NCBI GenBank assembly: GCA_903944345.1
Contig: CAJARJ010000011.1
Span: 3,460 to 67,459 of the forward strand
DNA from: Candidatus Omnitrophota bacterium
Lineage (GTDB): Bacteria; Omnitrophota; Gorgyraeia; Zapsychrales; Fredricksoniimonadaceae
Direction of reading: 5' to 3'
DNA: 64,000 bases
A program made the position numbers and the translations under genes. The notes beneath the pieces are model-generated. The model was not told the DNA's origin, ran no database searches, and was given only the letters and a program-made list of their open reading frames with translations. Below are positions 40,901 to 49,205 of the stretch, piece by piece (position 1 is the stretch's first letter; the number at the start of each line of letters is the position of its first letter).

Positions 40901-42167
40901 TGGCATGCAAGCAACACAATGCGTCCCCAGGCAGCCGATCAAGAATATCCTCCATAGACTTTTCAATCATGCGAGGAATGACATGATTGACACGCTTAAC
41001 CACAAAGTCTCGATCAACAAGAACAAGCCCCACCTGAGCCGAATCAAAAATGGTCTGCAAGTTCCTGCGCTCCTCGTCCAGTTCAACCGAGAGGGTAAAA
41101 TATTTGCGCTCGTTCTCAAGCAAAAGACGACGGGAAGAATACTCGCGGCGGCGGATAACAAAAAAGATAACCAGAAGAGCGATAAAAAGGCCCGTGATTA
41201 TAATCGCATAAAACCGGGCATGGACAATTTCACGCTTCCAGTCCTGAATTTCGACAGGCACCTCGGGCAGTGCACCGGCAAGTGGGTCGGTCAGTCCGTC
41301 AAACTGCTGCGCACGAACAACACTTGCCGCCACAATCCGCGACACCCGCAGAAGATTTGTTTGTTCATGTCGAATTCGCTGTTCACCTGTGAAAAAGGTC
41401 ACCAGAAAACCGATAAAAACAACCAGGATCACTGCGGCAGGAAACCACAAATCCTCGCGCAAGGTATAAAACCTTTTAACATCAGGAGCATCCCCTCTCA
41501 CCTTCAGGATATAGATTCTCCAAGTCAAAAAAGCCCAGACACACACAAGACACATCCTGGCCAAAGGAACCGGGAATCCGGTAAAGTTCAAGAAACTTTC
41601 ATCTGTCAGCCATCCGGAAGGGAGAAAACCGGAAGAGGGAACAAAGATCAAAAGAGCTCCGTAACAGCCTATGGTCACTGCCAGCATTTTCACCAAACCA
41701 GACAAATCCTGATGCCGAAGAGCGAACCTGAAAACAGCGGCCGACGCAAGAAGTGCCCCCAACAGGCCAAAACAATAACGTACCAGAAAATTCACTCCAC
41801 TCCATTCCCCCATAGTCCAACCCATCCCGAACACAAAGATAACCAGCGGACCATAAAGCCAGCGCCGCCAGTCACGCGGATATCTGTTTTCGGCATTCAT
41901 GCAGGCAATTTCGACAAAACATAGAAATGACGCCATCAAAAAACATGTCTGCAAGTTTCCCAGCCAGCGAGTCTGCGGAAAACCAAGACCCGCCATAGAA
42001 AGCCATTCCGCCACCCCGTGCAGCACACCGAACATGGCTAGGCCTTTCCATATCCCTCCGGATTTTTGTATCCTGGCCAGAAAAAAAGCCATCATCGCAA
42101 ACAAAAAAAGACCAAGGCCGTAAACAAAAAGGATGTAATCCATCTGTCCAAGAAAAAAGTCCTGCAT
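37983..42167 (-). CDS. Hybrid sensor histidine kinase (1394 aa): N-terminal ~8-TM sensor module, about five PAS/PAC domains (one Cys-rich), HisKA, HATPase and a C-terminal receiver.
   Basis: H-box SHEIRTPMNAIIGF. HATPase G-boxes DTGIGI and GGTGLGLSI. REC with FMDLQMPVMSG. Cys cluster CCLHATEAASGCGHAEACRDC inside a PAS domain. RBS AAGGTGGAAAG before the ATG at 42167. Confidence 0.85.
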   Translation of the reverse strand: MQDFFLGQMDYILFVYGLGLFLFAMMAFFLARIQKSGGIWKGLAMFGVLHGVAEWLSMAGLGFPQTRWLGNLQTCFLMASFLCFVEIACMNAENRYPRDWRRWLYGPLVIFVFGMGWTMGEWSGVNFLVRYCFGLLGALLASAAVFRFALRHQDLSGLVKMLAVTIGCYGALLIFVPSSGFLPSGWLTDESFLNFTGFPVPLARMCLVCVWAFLTWRIYILKVRGDAPDVKRFYTLREDLWFPAAVILVVFIGFLVTFFTGEQRIRHEQTNLLRVSRIVAASVVRAQQFDGLTDPLAGALPEVPVEIQDWKREIVHARFYAIIITGLFIALLVIFFVIRRREYSSRRLLLENERKYFTLSVELDEERRNLQTIFDSAQVGLVLVDRDFVVKRVNHVIPRMIEKSMEDILDRLPGDALCCLHATEAASGCGHAEACRDCLFRNTGNRIFETGEAVRGVEISHIVRNPSGKVRRLWLEVNASPLEINGGECLLFSISDVTARKAVEEEKAGQIDFLQKLIDAIPVPVLYKDSRGCYQGCNRMFEEYVGKPRAEIIGKTVHEIIPGEVADRYAAMDQALLESPGQQVYEGNVSFPVGSSRVVVFNKASFFDKSGKFLSIVGVISDITERKRMEDALRESRDRFNMVAEQVSEVIWETDSRGLYTYVSHVAETVWGFAPEEIVGKLSFYDLHPQESREEFKAEAFACFERKEVLKEIVNPVVTKAGVCRWMMTSALPMIGKDGELLGYRGSDTDITARRLAEQRLRESEERYRLLVEYAVGAIAVHQIVLDDAGQPVDYVFLSVNPAFELQTGLRAGDIVGRRVTDVLPGIERSSFISIYGRVALTGESVTFEQYVEQMQKYFYINAYSLGDGKFATVFADITERKRVEDVIREREAYYRGLINHAADAIFVHDTPSGRIVDCNQQAVSSLGYTREEMLNLSVSNLDMDYSAERDQQAWQTLIPGQTFSLQGRHRRKDGSVFPVEVNIVVIESSGRNLLVAAARDISERKRVERVLLEAKEAAEAASRIKGEFLANMSHEIRTPMNAIIGFGQLLKITSLTEKQLSYLDTIISSGRLLLGIINDILDIARVSSGKMSFEEIEFGIRDLFSECLAMVQSQFQVRNLVFRQDISDGVPQRVMGDPTRIKQVLVNLLSNAVKFTFQGTVTLTVRVMLEKDGRRARFFISVRDTGIGIPQEKFEKIFQPFEQVDMSTVREFGGTGLGLSICKGLVERMGGEIRVSSELGKGSEFSFTLTLRIPDVSCAEAFVTEHIDAVGQNMRVLVVEDTPSNRHLLQEYLSVLGCAADFACNGQEALVLLQKGGYDLCFMDLQMPVMSGEEATRIFRREHGPDLPVIALTAAAMPQDKERCLLAGMNDFLTKPVGITDLRDILLRYKRSV

Positions 42168-42243
42168 ATACTTTCCACCTTATTAGGATAGGTTTCCCGA
42201 CAGAAAAAAAACGTTCAGCGCCCTTGTTCTTTGCGGCCTTTGA

Positions 42244-43614
42244 CTAATCCTTGTAATAATCCAATCCGATCGCCTTCATGATCGAGGCCAGGACAAAATT
42301 GAAGGGCTTGTTAAAATGCGGCAAAAAATAAACATCTGTAAAGGCGATATCGACCAGTGAAAGGTTTTGCTGAATAGCCAGCGCCAGGTAATAAATAACC
42401 TCCGTGTGCGACACATCCCCGTAGGATCCCACCTGCGCGCCCAGAAGCCGCAGCGATTTTTTGTCATATACAAGCTTGATACAGGTCTTGTTAAACGTTC
42501 CCATAAATTCCGGACGGTCGTTGTCTTCCACATAGCTGGAGGCCACATCCATCTTGAGCCGCCGGGCTGTTTCCTCGCAGATACCGGTACTGGCCAGCTT
42601 GTTCTCGAACACACAAATAGCATTAGTCCCCACCACGCTGTCGATACGCACCACCTCGTTGCCGTTGACGTGGCTTGCGGCCACAATGCCGGACTTGACC
42701 GCATTGGTCGCCAGGGCCACCTGCTGGTGCGCGCCGAAAGCCGCATGAAACATGGCTGCCGCATCGCCGATGGCGTAAATGTCGGGGATACTGGTCCGCA
42801 TAAACTTGTCGACAATAATAGCCCCGTTAGACGTCTTCTTGACGTCCGGCAAAAGCTCGGTATTCGGCTTAAAACCAACACATTTAACCACCAGATCTGC
42901 GTCATATTCAGACTGATCCGTAACAATCCTGGTTACCTTGCCGCCATCTCCTCTGAAATCCACCACCTTCTGCCCAAGTGCCAGTGTGATGCCCGCGGCA
43001 CGAATATCGGCCTCCAGATGGTCGGTAAATTCCCGGTCAAAATACCGGGCCAGCACCCGGGTCTCAAAATCGACCAGTGTCACCTTTTTACCCTTGCGAT
43101 GATACGCTTCTGCCAGCTCGATCCCGATATAACCCGCACCCACCACCGCCACACTGCGGATCGCCGGATCGTCAGCCTTGCGAATAAGTTCCTGGGCATG
43201 CTGATACAACTTACAGATATCGACATTGGCCAATGCCCCATTCCCGGCAGGAATACCAGGAATATCTACCGGCCAGGATCCGGCGGCATAAATCAATTTG
43301 TCATAACTGTCGGTAAAAACACTGCCGGAAGAAAGATCCCGCACCGTCACCGTTTTCTTGACCGGATCGACAGCGATCACATCGTGGTTCATGCGGACTG
43401 CGGCCCCCTTCTCCGTAAGCTTGACCGGTGTGCAGTAAAAAAGGTCATCAATGTTCTTTACCGTGCCGCCAACAACCAGGGCAATGCCGCAGCCAAGAAA
43501 CGAAATATTGGTATTGCGATCATAAGCCGTAACCTCATGACTCTTGTTCTGGGCAAGCAGAGTGCGCAAAGCCGATGTTCCTGCATGATTGATGCCAACA
43601 ATAATGACTTTCAT
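42244..43614 (-). CDS. FAD-dependent pyridine nucleotide-disulfide oxidoreductase (NADH oxidase / CoA-disulfide reductase family).
   Basis: MKVIIVGINHAGTSALRTL N-terminal FAD-binding fold, a second NAD(P)-binding GAGYIGIELAE motif, and a single redox Cys in the FLGCGIAL context. Confidence 0.75.
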   Translation of the reverse strand: MKVIIVGINHAGTSALRTLLAQNKSHEVTAYDRNTNISFLGCGIALVVGGTVKNIDDLFYCTPVKLTEKGAAVRMNHDVIAVDPVKKTVTVRDLSSGSVFTDSYDKLIYAAGSWPVDIPGIPAGNGALANVDICKLYQHAQELIRKADDPAIRSVAVVGAGYIGIELAEAYHRKGKKVTLVDFETRVLARYFDREFTDHLEADIRAAGITLALGQKVVDFRGDGGKVTRIVTDQSEYDADLVVKCVGFKPNTELLPDVKKTSNGAIIVDKFMRTSIPDIYAIGDAAAMFHAAFGAHQQVALATNAVKSGIVAASHVNGNEVVRIDSVVGTNAICVFENKLASTGICEETARRLKMDVASSYVEDNDRPEFMGTFNKTCIKLVYDKKSLRLLGAQVGSYGDVSHTEVIYYLALAIQQNLSLVDIAFTDVYFLPHFNKPFNFVLASIMKAIGLDYYKD

Positions 43615-43742
43615 AATCTCTCTCCGGTAAAATTTTCGAGGTTTTCTCTAAGAATATGATGATTATTCTAACAGAAAGTTGCAGGAGGACGTGCAGGATT
43701 TTCAGATAAAGACAAAACCGGGAACTGTCAGCAACAAGAGCA

Positions 43743-43860
43743 TTACTGAACCATTTTCGTGACACCAAGAAAATGGTCATCGCAGATCACCATGATGTCG
43801 GCGTTCTTCTGATCAGCAACTTCACTCCACCTGATAAGATTGACCTCTCTCTCCGTTTCT
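43743..43860 (-). pseudogene. Degenerate 3'-end fragment of a DUF4143 AAA+ ATPase gene, a diverged duplicate of the C-terminus of the gene at 45374-46594.
   Basis: Minus-strand translation KETEREVNLIRWSEVADQKNADIMVICDDHFLGVTKMVQ* versus VIKWREVANQKNAASLVISTSTNAG... in the intact ATPase. Nucleotide identity about 75% over about 100 bp. No start codon. Confidence 0.5.
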
Positions 43861-43895
43861 TTCTAAATAAAAAAACCATCCCTTTCGGGATGGTT
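43861..43895 (-). terminator. Rho-independent terminator: 9-bp stem aaccatccc/gggatggtt with loop tttc, followed on the minus strand by TTTTTATTT.
   Basis: Seen directly. It sits downstream (minus-strand sense) of the ATPase-transglycosylase-lipoprotein operon. Confidence 0.6.
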
Positions 43896-44035
43896 TCTAA
43901 CTTTAAATAATACGGACGCGACTGCAACCAATTCGAACCGCGTCCCTGATAACTGCAAAGATCATTATCGAGTCACATCAATCTCAACCTTTATACCAGA
44001 GGTTCATTCAAAAAGCAAACGAACTTAAAGCTTTG

Positions 44036-44116
44036 GGCATGTCACAACGCGAGATCGCCCAAGCCCTTGGCATATCACGCAGGACGGTCCGAAATGCCTG
44101 TAAATCCAGGCAATAA
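44036..44116 (+). other. Short orphan ORF or fragment encoding a helix-turn-helix motif (MSQREIAQALGISRRTVRNACKSRQ), resembling a resolvase- or transposase-type HTH. Probably a remnant.
   Basis: Manual translation. The in-frame upstream sequence lacks a plausible longer ORF. Confidence 0.3.
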
Positions 44117-44124
44117 CTCCACCT

Positions 44125-44634
44125 TCAAGACTTCCGGTTGGCCGCAAAGTCATCCGGACCATTGTATTCATAAACATTACGCTCACGCTTTGAAGGTCCT
44201 GCGTTACAATCCCCCTTCTGATGAACATACATGTCAACGACCACCTTCCCATTCTCTTCCTTGACTGAATTAATGATCGCCCAAACGTCCAACTCCCGTG
44301 AAGCCTGATGTGCCAGCTTCTTCCCATCATTTATCAAAAACGCCAACTGATAAGACTCTGAATTCCCTGCGCCGGAATTAACAACGATGATCACGGCGGC
44401 GTCTTTTAAACCATCCTGATTGAAATCCCCGTAAACATAACGATCATCGTAGCGAACATGCCAGAGATTGCGTTTAAAATATTCTCCATTAACAAGCGTG
44501 ACTTTGTCACCCGAGAATTCATTGCCAACAAGATATGACATGTTTCCAAATAACTTTGCCGCTGTCTTATCGTGGACACAACCAGACAAGAAGGCCGACG
44601 CAAACAAAAATAGAATAACCTGCTTTAACCGCAT
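44125..44634 (-). CDS. Lipoprotein of unknown function.
   Basis: Internal start MRLKQVILFLFASAFLSGC with an LSGC lipobox. AT-rich region. Confidence 0.55.
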   Translation of the reverse strand: MRLKQVILFLFASAFLSGCVHDKTAAKLFGNMSYLVGNEFSGDKVTLVNGEYFKRNLWHVRYDDRYVYGDFNQDGLKDAAVIIVVNSGAGNSESYQLAFLINDGKKLAHQASRELDVWAIINSVKEENGKVVVDMYVHQKGDCNAGPSKRERNVYEYNGPDDFAANRKS

Positions 44635-45332
44635 ATGAAAATATGGTGATGATCTTTGGTGATCCAATGCCCCTTAATACAGGCACCTTTTGTTTTACCG
44701 GGTCTCTTATTCTTGACCTTCTTGTCCGCATTCGACTTCAATGCAAACTCATCCTCATTCTTCAACACATCAATCACATATTTACGCCCGTCTTTAGCTT
44801 GTTTCTTTGTTGCCCCGGCAGCCTCAAGATATACCTGAACTGCATCCCAATTCGTTGCGTCTTTACCTGCCTCTTGAGCCAATTTCTGGGCATACGCCAC
44901 CCGGCCTTCACCAAGATTATAAGCCGCCAGCACGAATTCTTTACGCTCCAGAATGCTTTCAATGGGTATAGTCACCCTTCCCTCAGCCAACTTTGTCGGC
45001 TTACCATACATCGTATTAAGATCTTTTAAATACCGAGCTGCTGCTATAGAGGCGTAATCAATATCAAATCGCTGATCATTCTCTTTTGTGACAATTAGCC
45101 CATACCGCTCAGCTGTATCCTTTTGCAAATGAAAGTCGCCGACCGCCCCAGCAATACCTCGAGACCGACGTAACACACCAAAACTGCTTTCCTGACCGTA
45201 AATGGCTTCCAGTGAATTAACCGTCAGCGCATCGGTACGAGCAAAATAGCGTGAAGCATTCTCAAGTGCTTCCCGTATATGCGATGTTTCACGCCCAACC
45301 CATACGTCAACATCTGTTCTCCTCTTAACCAT
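44625..45332 (-). CDS. Lytic transglycosylase (SLT-domain) protein.
   Basis: SLT motifs IYGQESSFG, AGAVGDFHLQ and AYNLGEGRV. Confidence 0.65.
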   Translation of the reverse strand: MVKRRTDVDVWVGRETSHIREALENASRYFARTDALTVNSLEAIYGQESSFGVLRRSRGIAGAVGDFHLQKDTAERYGLIVTKENDQRFDIDYASIAAARYLKDLNTMYGKPTKLAEGRVTIPIESILERKEFVLAAYNLGEGRVAYAQKLAQEAGKDATNWDAVQVYLEAAGATKKQAKDGRKYVIDVLKNEDEFALKSNADKKVKNKRPGKTKGACIKGHWITKDHHHIFICG

Positions 45333-45373
45333 ACATCTTCCATCCTTTTCAACTTTACCCGATCATGCCTTAA

Positions 45374-46594
45374 TTATAATAAAGAAAAATGAACATTCCT
45401 GATGCCACGGGCAATATCACCGGCATTAGTTGAGGTTGAGATCACCAGACTGGCAGCATTCTTTTGATTCGCAACTTCACGCCACTTGATCACATTGGCC
45501 ACTTTTGAAGAATCTACGGTCGATGAAAGTTTAACCTCAACCGGAAAAATCCTCCCGCCCTGTTCAATCAACATGTCCACTTCCAAACCATCTGAACTAC
45601 GAAAGTAATAAAGTGCCCGCTCGTCTCCCCATACCGAGAGACGTTTATACATTTGGGCAACACATGCTGTCTCAAAGAGCGCACCCGCCATGGGACCCTG
45701 CATGGCATGGTCCGAATCCTGAAGCCCAACCAGGTAGCATAAAAGTCCCGTATCCATAAAATAACATTTCGGCGCCTTAATGAGCCGTTTCCCAAAGTTG
45801 GAGTGATACGGCATTAAAAAGAATATCAACCCGTTGGCCTCCAAAAGTGACAGCCAAGACTTTATCGTCGGAAGTGAAACACCGACCTCTGTGGCCAACG
45901 CAGCGGCATTCAATTGTTGTGCGGTCCTGGCAGCCAATAACCCGATGAAACGCTCAAAATCTCTTAAGTTCCCATCACGCACATTTCCGCGGACATCTCT
46001 GTCAATATACGTCTGCACATAACTTGAAAACCATGTCTTTCGTGCCGTCGCAAGACCAAGAACAGCTTCAGGATATCCGCCTTTAAGTATCCATTCCCCT
46101 ACAGACATTTTATGATGCACAACATGCTGACCGCTCTTTAATCGATCCAAAAATGCTTCAAAGTTTACAGCTTGCCTCCCGGCATTCTTCTGAATTTCAG
46201 TAATAGCAAAAGGATACAAATGCAGTATCGCAATCCGACCTGCTAAGGTCTCACCTATTCCCTTCATAAGCGCCCATTGCTGTGATCCCGTCAAGATCCA
46301 CTGACCTGGAGTCTTGTCCGCATCAATCCTGGCTTTGATATACGATAAAAGCTCAGGCACATTCTGGATCTCATCAATAATGACGGGGGGCGCATATCGA
46401 TCAAGAAAACCGCGTGGATCTTCGGCTGCATACTTTCGAACATCCAACTCGTCCAAAAGAACGTATTGATATTTTGGACCAAGCCGTTTTGAAAGAGTTG
46501 TTTTTCCAGAACGACGCGGGCCGCCAATAAAGACAGCCGGAAACGATTTTACCGCATCAAAAAATGGTTTTTCGAGGAGTCGGGCTCTGTACAT
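45374..46594 (-). CDS. AAA+ superfamily ATPase with a C-terminal DUF4143 domain.
   Basis: Walker A GGPRRSGKTTL. Internal start at MYRARLLEKPFF (46594). Confidence 0.7.
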   Translation of the reverse strand: MYRARLLEKPFFDAVKSFPAVFIGGPRRSGKTTLSKRLGPKYQYVLLDELDVRKYAAEDPRGFLDRYAPPVIIDEIQNVPELLSYIKARIDADKTPGQWILTGSQQWALMKGIGETLAGRIAILHLYPFAITEIQKNAGRQAVNFEAFLDRLKSGQHVVHHKMSVGEWILKGGYPEAVLGLATARKTWFSSYVQTYIDRDVRGNVRDGNLRDFERFIGLLAARTAQQLNAAALATEVGVSLPTIKSWLSLLEANGLIFFLMPYHSNFGKRLIKAPKCYFMDTGLLCYLVGLQDSDHAMQGPMAGALFETACVAQMYKRLSVWGDERALYYFRSSDGLEVDMLIEQGGRIFPVEVKLSSTVDSSKVANVIKWREVANQKNAASLVISTSTNAGDIARGIRNVHFSLL

Positions 46595-46736
46595 GTTTGT
46601 AATTATAAAGTACAACTTTAATTTGTCAAGTGTTAACGTTGCGAAAAAAACCTGAACATAGTTTATGCTCAAGGCTTCTCATTACTTCACATCAATCAAT
46701 GCGGCACACACAATCGAAAAAGGTTCGAATTGAAAA

Positions 46737-46757
46737 AATACGGAGAGGGAGGGATTT
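46737..46757. repeat. 21-bp exact direct repeat of the tRNA-Ser 3' end (aatacggagagggagggattt), with a T-loop-like ggttcgaat just beside it. Candidate att-site remnant.
   Basis: Identical 21-mer at 46892-46912, inside and flanking the tRNA-Ser 3' end. Confidence 0.6.
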
Positions 46758-46895
46758 TCCTACTACGCTCGGGCGGTGCCTCGCTGCGTAGGCTCACCTC
46801 GCTCGCTGTCGGCCGGCCTTCGGCTACGGCCTTTTCCTCGCTTTTCGCTCGGCGCTCTCTCGTTTCAAATCCCTCTTTTATCTTATAAAATAATA

Positions 46896-46984
46896 CGGAG
46901 AGGGAGGGATTTGAACCCTCGGACCCAGTCTCCCAGGTCAACTTCTTAGCAGGAAGCTCCAATCGGCCACTCTGGCACCTCTCC
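46896..46984 (-). tRNA. tRNA-Ser (anticodon GCT), 89 nt with a long variable arm; CCA not encoded.
   Basis: Manual fold. Acceptor stem GGAGAGG/CCTCTCC. Anticodon stem GCTTC/GAAGT with loop CTGCTAA. T-arm GAGGG-TTCAAAT-CCCTC. Confidence 0.8.
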
Positions 46985-47023
46985 AAAATCGGCAGGCATA
47001 TAGAAAGAACTGTACGGTAGAAA

Positions 47024-47500
47024 TCAGGCTTTGCGGCGTTTATTCCTGAAAAAATCACTCATGATCGCGGAACATTCAGCCTCAAGCACCCCCCCGGAGA
47101 CCTTGACCTGATGATTCAACATCTTATGCCCGGGGATATCCAGAACCGATCCGCAGGCTCCGGTTTTTTTAGCGCTCGCACCAAAAAACAATTTATCAAT
47201 CCTGGCCAGAACCAAAGCCCCGGCGCACATCGAACAAGGCTCGATTGTAACATACATTGTGCAACCCTGCAACCACTTGGAGCCAAGATAATTCGCCGCC
47301 TGGGTGATGGCTATAATCTCGGCATGCGCGGTCGGATCCTTGAGCATCTCAACCTGATCATGCGCCCGCGCGATAATGTCGCGTCCGTGCAGAATCACCG
47401 CTCCGACAGGAACCTCATCGGAGACAAAAGCCTTGCGGGCTTCTTTAAGTGCCTCCCCCATCATGATCGTGTTAATATCTGGCGACATAAATCTGTACAA
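47024..47500 (-). CDS. tadA: tRNA-specific adenosine(34) deaminase TadA.
   Basis: CDA-fold zinc motifs HAEIIAI and PCSMCAGAL. Confidence 0.85.
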   Translation of the reverse strand: MYRFMSPDINTIMMGEALKEARKAFVSDEVPVGAVILHGRDIIARAHDQVEMLKDPTAHAEIIAITQAANYLGSKWLQGCTMYVTIEPCSMCAGALVLARIDKLFFGASAKKTGACGSVLDIPGHKMLNHQVKVSGGVLEAECSAIMSDFFRNKRRKA

Positions 47501-47542
47501 ACAAAAAGACCGTCTGGTTCACAGACGGACAGGATATCAAAA

Positions 47543-47616
47543 CGCGCCCGACAGGAGTCGAACCTGTAACCTTCTGATCCGTAGTCAGATGCTCTATCCA
47601 ATTGAGCTACGGGCGC
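47543..47616 (-). tRNA. tRNA-Arg (anticodon ACG), 74 nt.
   Basis: Acceptor stem GCGCCCG/CGGGCGC. Anticodon stem TCTGA/TCAGA with loop CTACGGA. T-loop GGTTCGACTCC. Confidence 0.8.
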
Positions 47617-47692
47617 AATAGCTGCAAAACAGAATCAGATTTATAGCAGACTTATGGCCGGGTGTAAAGAGGGTTTTTTTAAAGAAATTCCT

Positions 47693-49186
47693 TTAACCAA
47701 AAAGTTTCAGCTGCGCTCGCGCTTCAACCCGGCGGTTACGTTCCGGAGGAAGACAACGCACCGTAAACAGCCCGGATGGAATTTCGCAGAGAAATGGCGA
47801 CGGCGCGGAGTTCAGAATCTGCCCCCACAACGGACGGCAGCGGGAATATGTAATTAAGAGCAGCTCCCGAGCACGCGTCATGCCAACATAAAACAGGCGA
47901 CGCTCCTCATTAACATCCCCGCTAAACCCCTGCAAGCTGACCGGTAGCAGAAAGGATTCACACCCGGCCAGAATAACCACCGGGAACTCAAGCCCTTTGG
48001 CCGCATGCATGGACATAAGAGATATTTTCTCGACCCTGGCCTGATAAACATCTGCCCGACCGTTAGGCTCCGATTCAGATCCAAAAATCCGGCAGGGCAA
48101 GCCGCAAGCTTCCAGCTCTTGTGCCAGAAGCACGGCCTGCGCATTAAGACGATACAAAACAGCCATGTCGGCAAAAGTATAGCCGCCTTCGCCTCCGGAA
48201 AGAGAAAAACCGGAATTCCCGGAAAACTCCCTGATCGACCGCGCAATATAACGGGCCTCTGCCCGGGCAGTTGGTGCCTCAAAAACAGAAAGCTCTCCCT
48301 CAACCCGAGAGAATGCCTCGGGAAACGCGGCGTGTTCAAAACGGGGTCCAGATGCAATGACCGCCGAGGAAGCCGAAACAATCCGACGGGCGCAACGATA
48401 GTTGACCTCAAGACGCAAGACCGTGCAAGGAGCAAACAGCTTGTTAAAACGCTCAAAATATTCCGGCCCGGCCCCGCGAAAACCGTAAATGGACTGATCC
48501 GGGTCTCCGATTACGGTCAGTAAAACGCCTTGCGCCGACAGACACAAAAGAAGCGCTTCCTGGACAGAGCTGACATCCTGGTACTCATCAACACACACGT
48601 GGGCAAAAGCCAAGGCCACCTCGCGACAAATCCCCGGATTTTCCCGTAACAAAAAAACCGTCTCCCGAAGAATATCATCAAAATCAAGATGCCCGGCCGT
48701 TCTCAAAAAAACAGCAAAAGCCTTGGCCTGTGGATCGTCAATTGACGAATCCACCCTGGCCTTGAAACGGGACATCCGTAAGACAAGATCGCCCGGAGAC
48801 ACTGACGGATCCCTTGCAGGAAAATCTTTGGCCAGAGTTTCGATTTCTTCCGGAAGCGTCACGGAAAAATCGGCACAAAGGCCTCGCAAATGACCGTAAC
48901 GGCGAAGAATCCCTGCCGCCAATGAATGGAATGTTCCGATCTGAAACCGGTCAACGTGATCGGGCGCGATCAACGCTAGACGAGACTGCAATTCTCCGGC
49001 CGCCCTGTTGGTAAAAGTAACAAGAAGAATTTTACGGGCATCCGTCATCTGCCCTGCCAGTCTGGCCGCGCGCAAGGTCAGAGTATGCGTTTTACCGGTC
49101 CCCGGCCCTGCTGTAACCAGAAGATGCGAGCCTGCATGCTCAACAACCCTGGACTGGGCATCATTCAAGCCTGTTTTATCCTGCAT
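47693..49186 (-). CDS. UvrD/Rep-family ATP-dependent DNA helicase (short form).
   Basis: Walker A VTAGPGTGKTHTLT. UvrD motifs VDEYQD and GDPDQSIY. Confidence 0.75.
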   Translation of the reverse strand: MQDKTGLNDAQSRVVEHAGSHLLVTAGPGTGKTHTLTLRAARLAGQMTDARKILLVTFTNRAAGELQSRLALIAPDHVDRFQIGTFHSLAAGILRRYGHLRGLCADFSVTLPEEIETLAKDFPARDPSVSPGDLVLRMSRFKARVDSSIDDPQAKAFAVFLRTAGHLDFDDILRETVFLLRENPGICREVALAFAHVCVDEYQDVSSVQEALLLCLSAQGVLLTVIGDPDQSIYGFRGAGPEYFERFNKLFAPCTVLRLEVNYRCARRIVSASSAVIASGPRFEHAAFPEAFSRVEGELSVFEAPTARAEARYIARSIREFSGNSGFSLSGGEGGYTFADMAVLYRLNAQAVLLAQELEACGLPCRIFGSESEPNGRADVYQARVEKISLMSMHAAKGLEFPVVILAGCESFLLPVSLQGFSGDVNEERRLFYVGMTRARELLLITYSRCRPLWGQILNSAPSPFLCEIPSGLFTVRCLPPERNRRVEARAQLKLFG

Positions 49187-49205
49187 GCCCCACCTCTTGC
49201 GAGAA

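Noticed and set aside
40173-41924. 583-aa plus-strand ORF.
   Set aside because: It is antisense to the hybrid histidine kinase. It has no recognisable motifs and biased composition. The kinase frame carries the clear HisKA/HATPase/PAS signatures.
42168-42243. Searched for a sigma-54 (TGGCAC-N5-TTGC) promoter upstream of the hybrid kinase that leads the che operon.
   Set aside because: No acceptable -24/-12 match was seen. Only a good RBS (AAGGTGGAAAG) could be supported.
42367-43659. 430-aa plus-strand ORF.
   Set aside because: It is antisense to the FAD-dependent oxidoreductase, whose frame carries the two Rossmann GxGxxG motifs.
43912-43948. Hairpin ggacgcg-N18-cgcgtcc containing ttcgaacc (T-loop-like), considered as a second tRNA or att remnant.
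   Set aside because: Only a 6-7-nt similarity to a T-loop, with no acceptor or anticodon arms. It does not match the tRNA-Ser or tRNA-Arg 3' ends. Probably a fortuitous hairpin.
46696-47058. 120-aa minus-strand ORF.
   Set aside because: It overlaps tRNA-Ser (46896-46984) and the att-like repeat region. Its sequence is a translation of structured RNA and repeat DNA.
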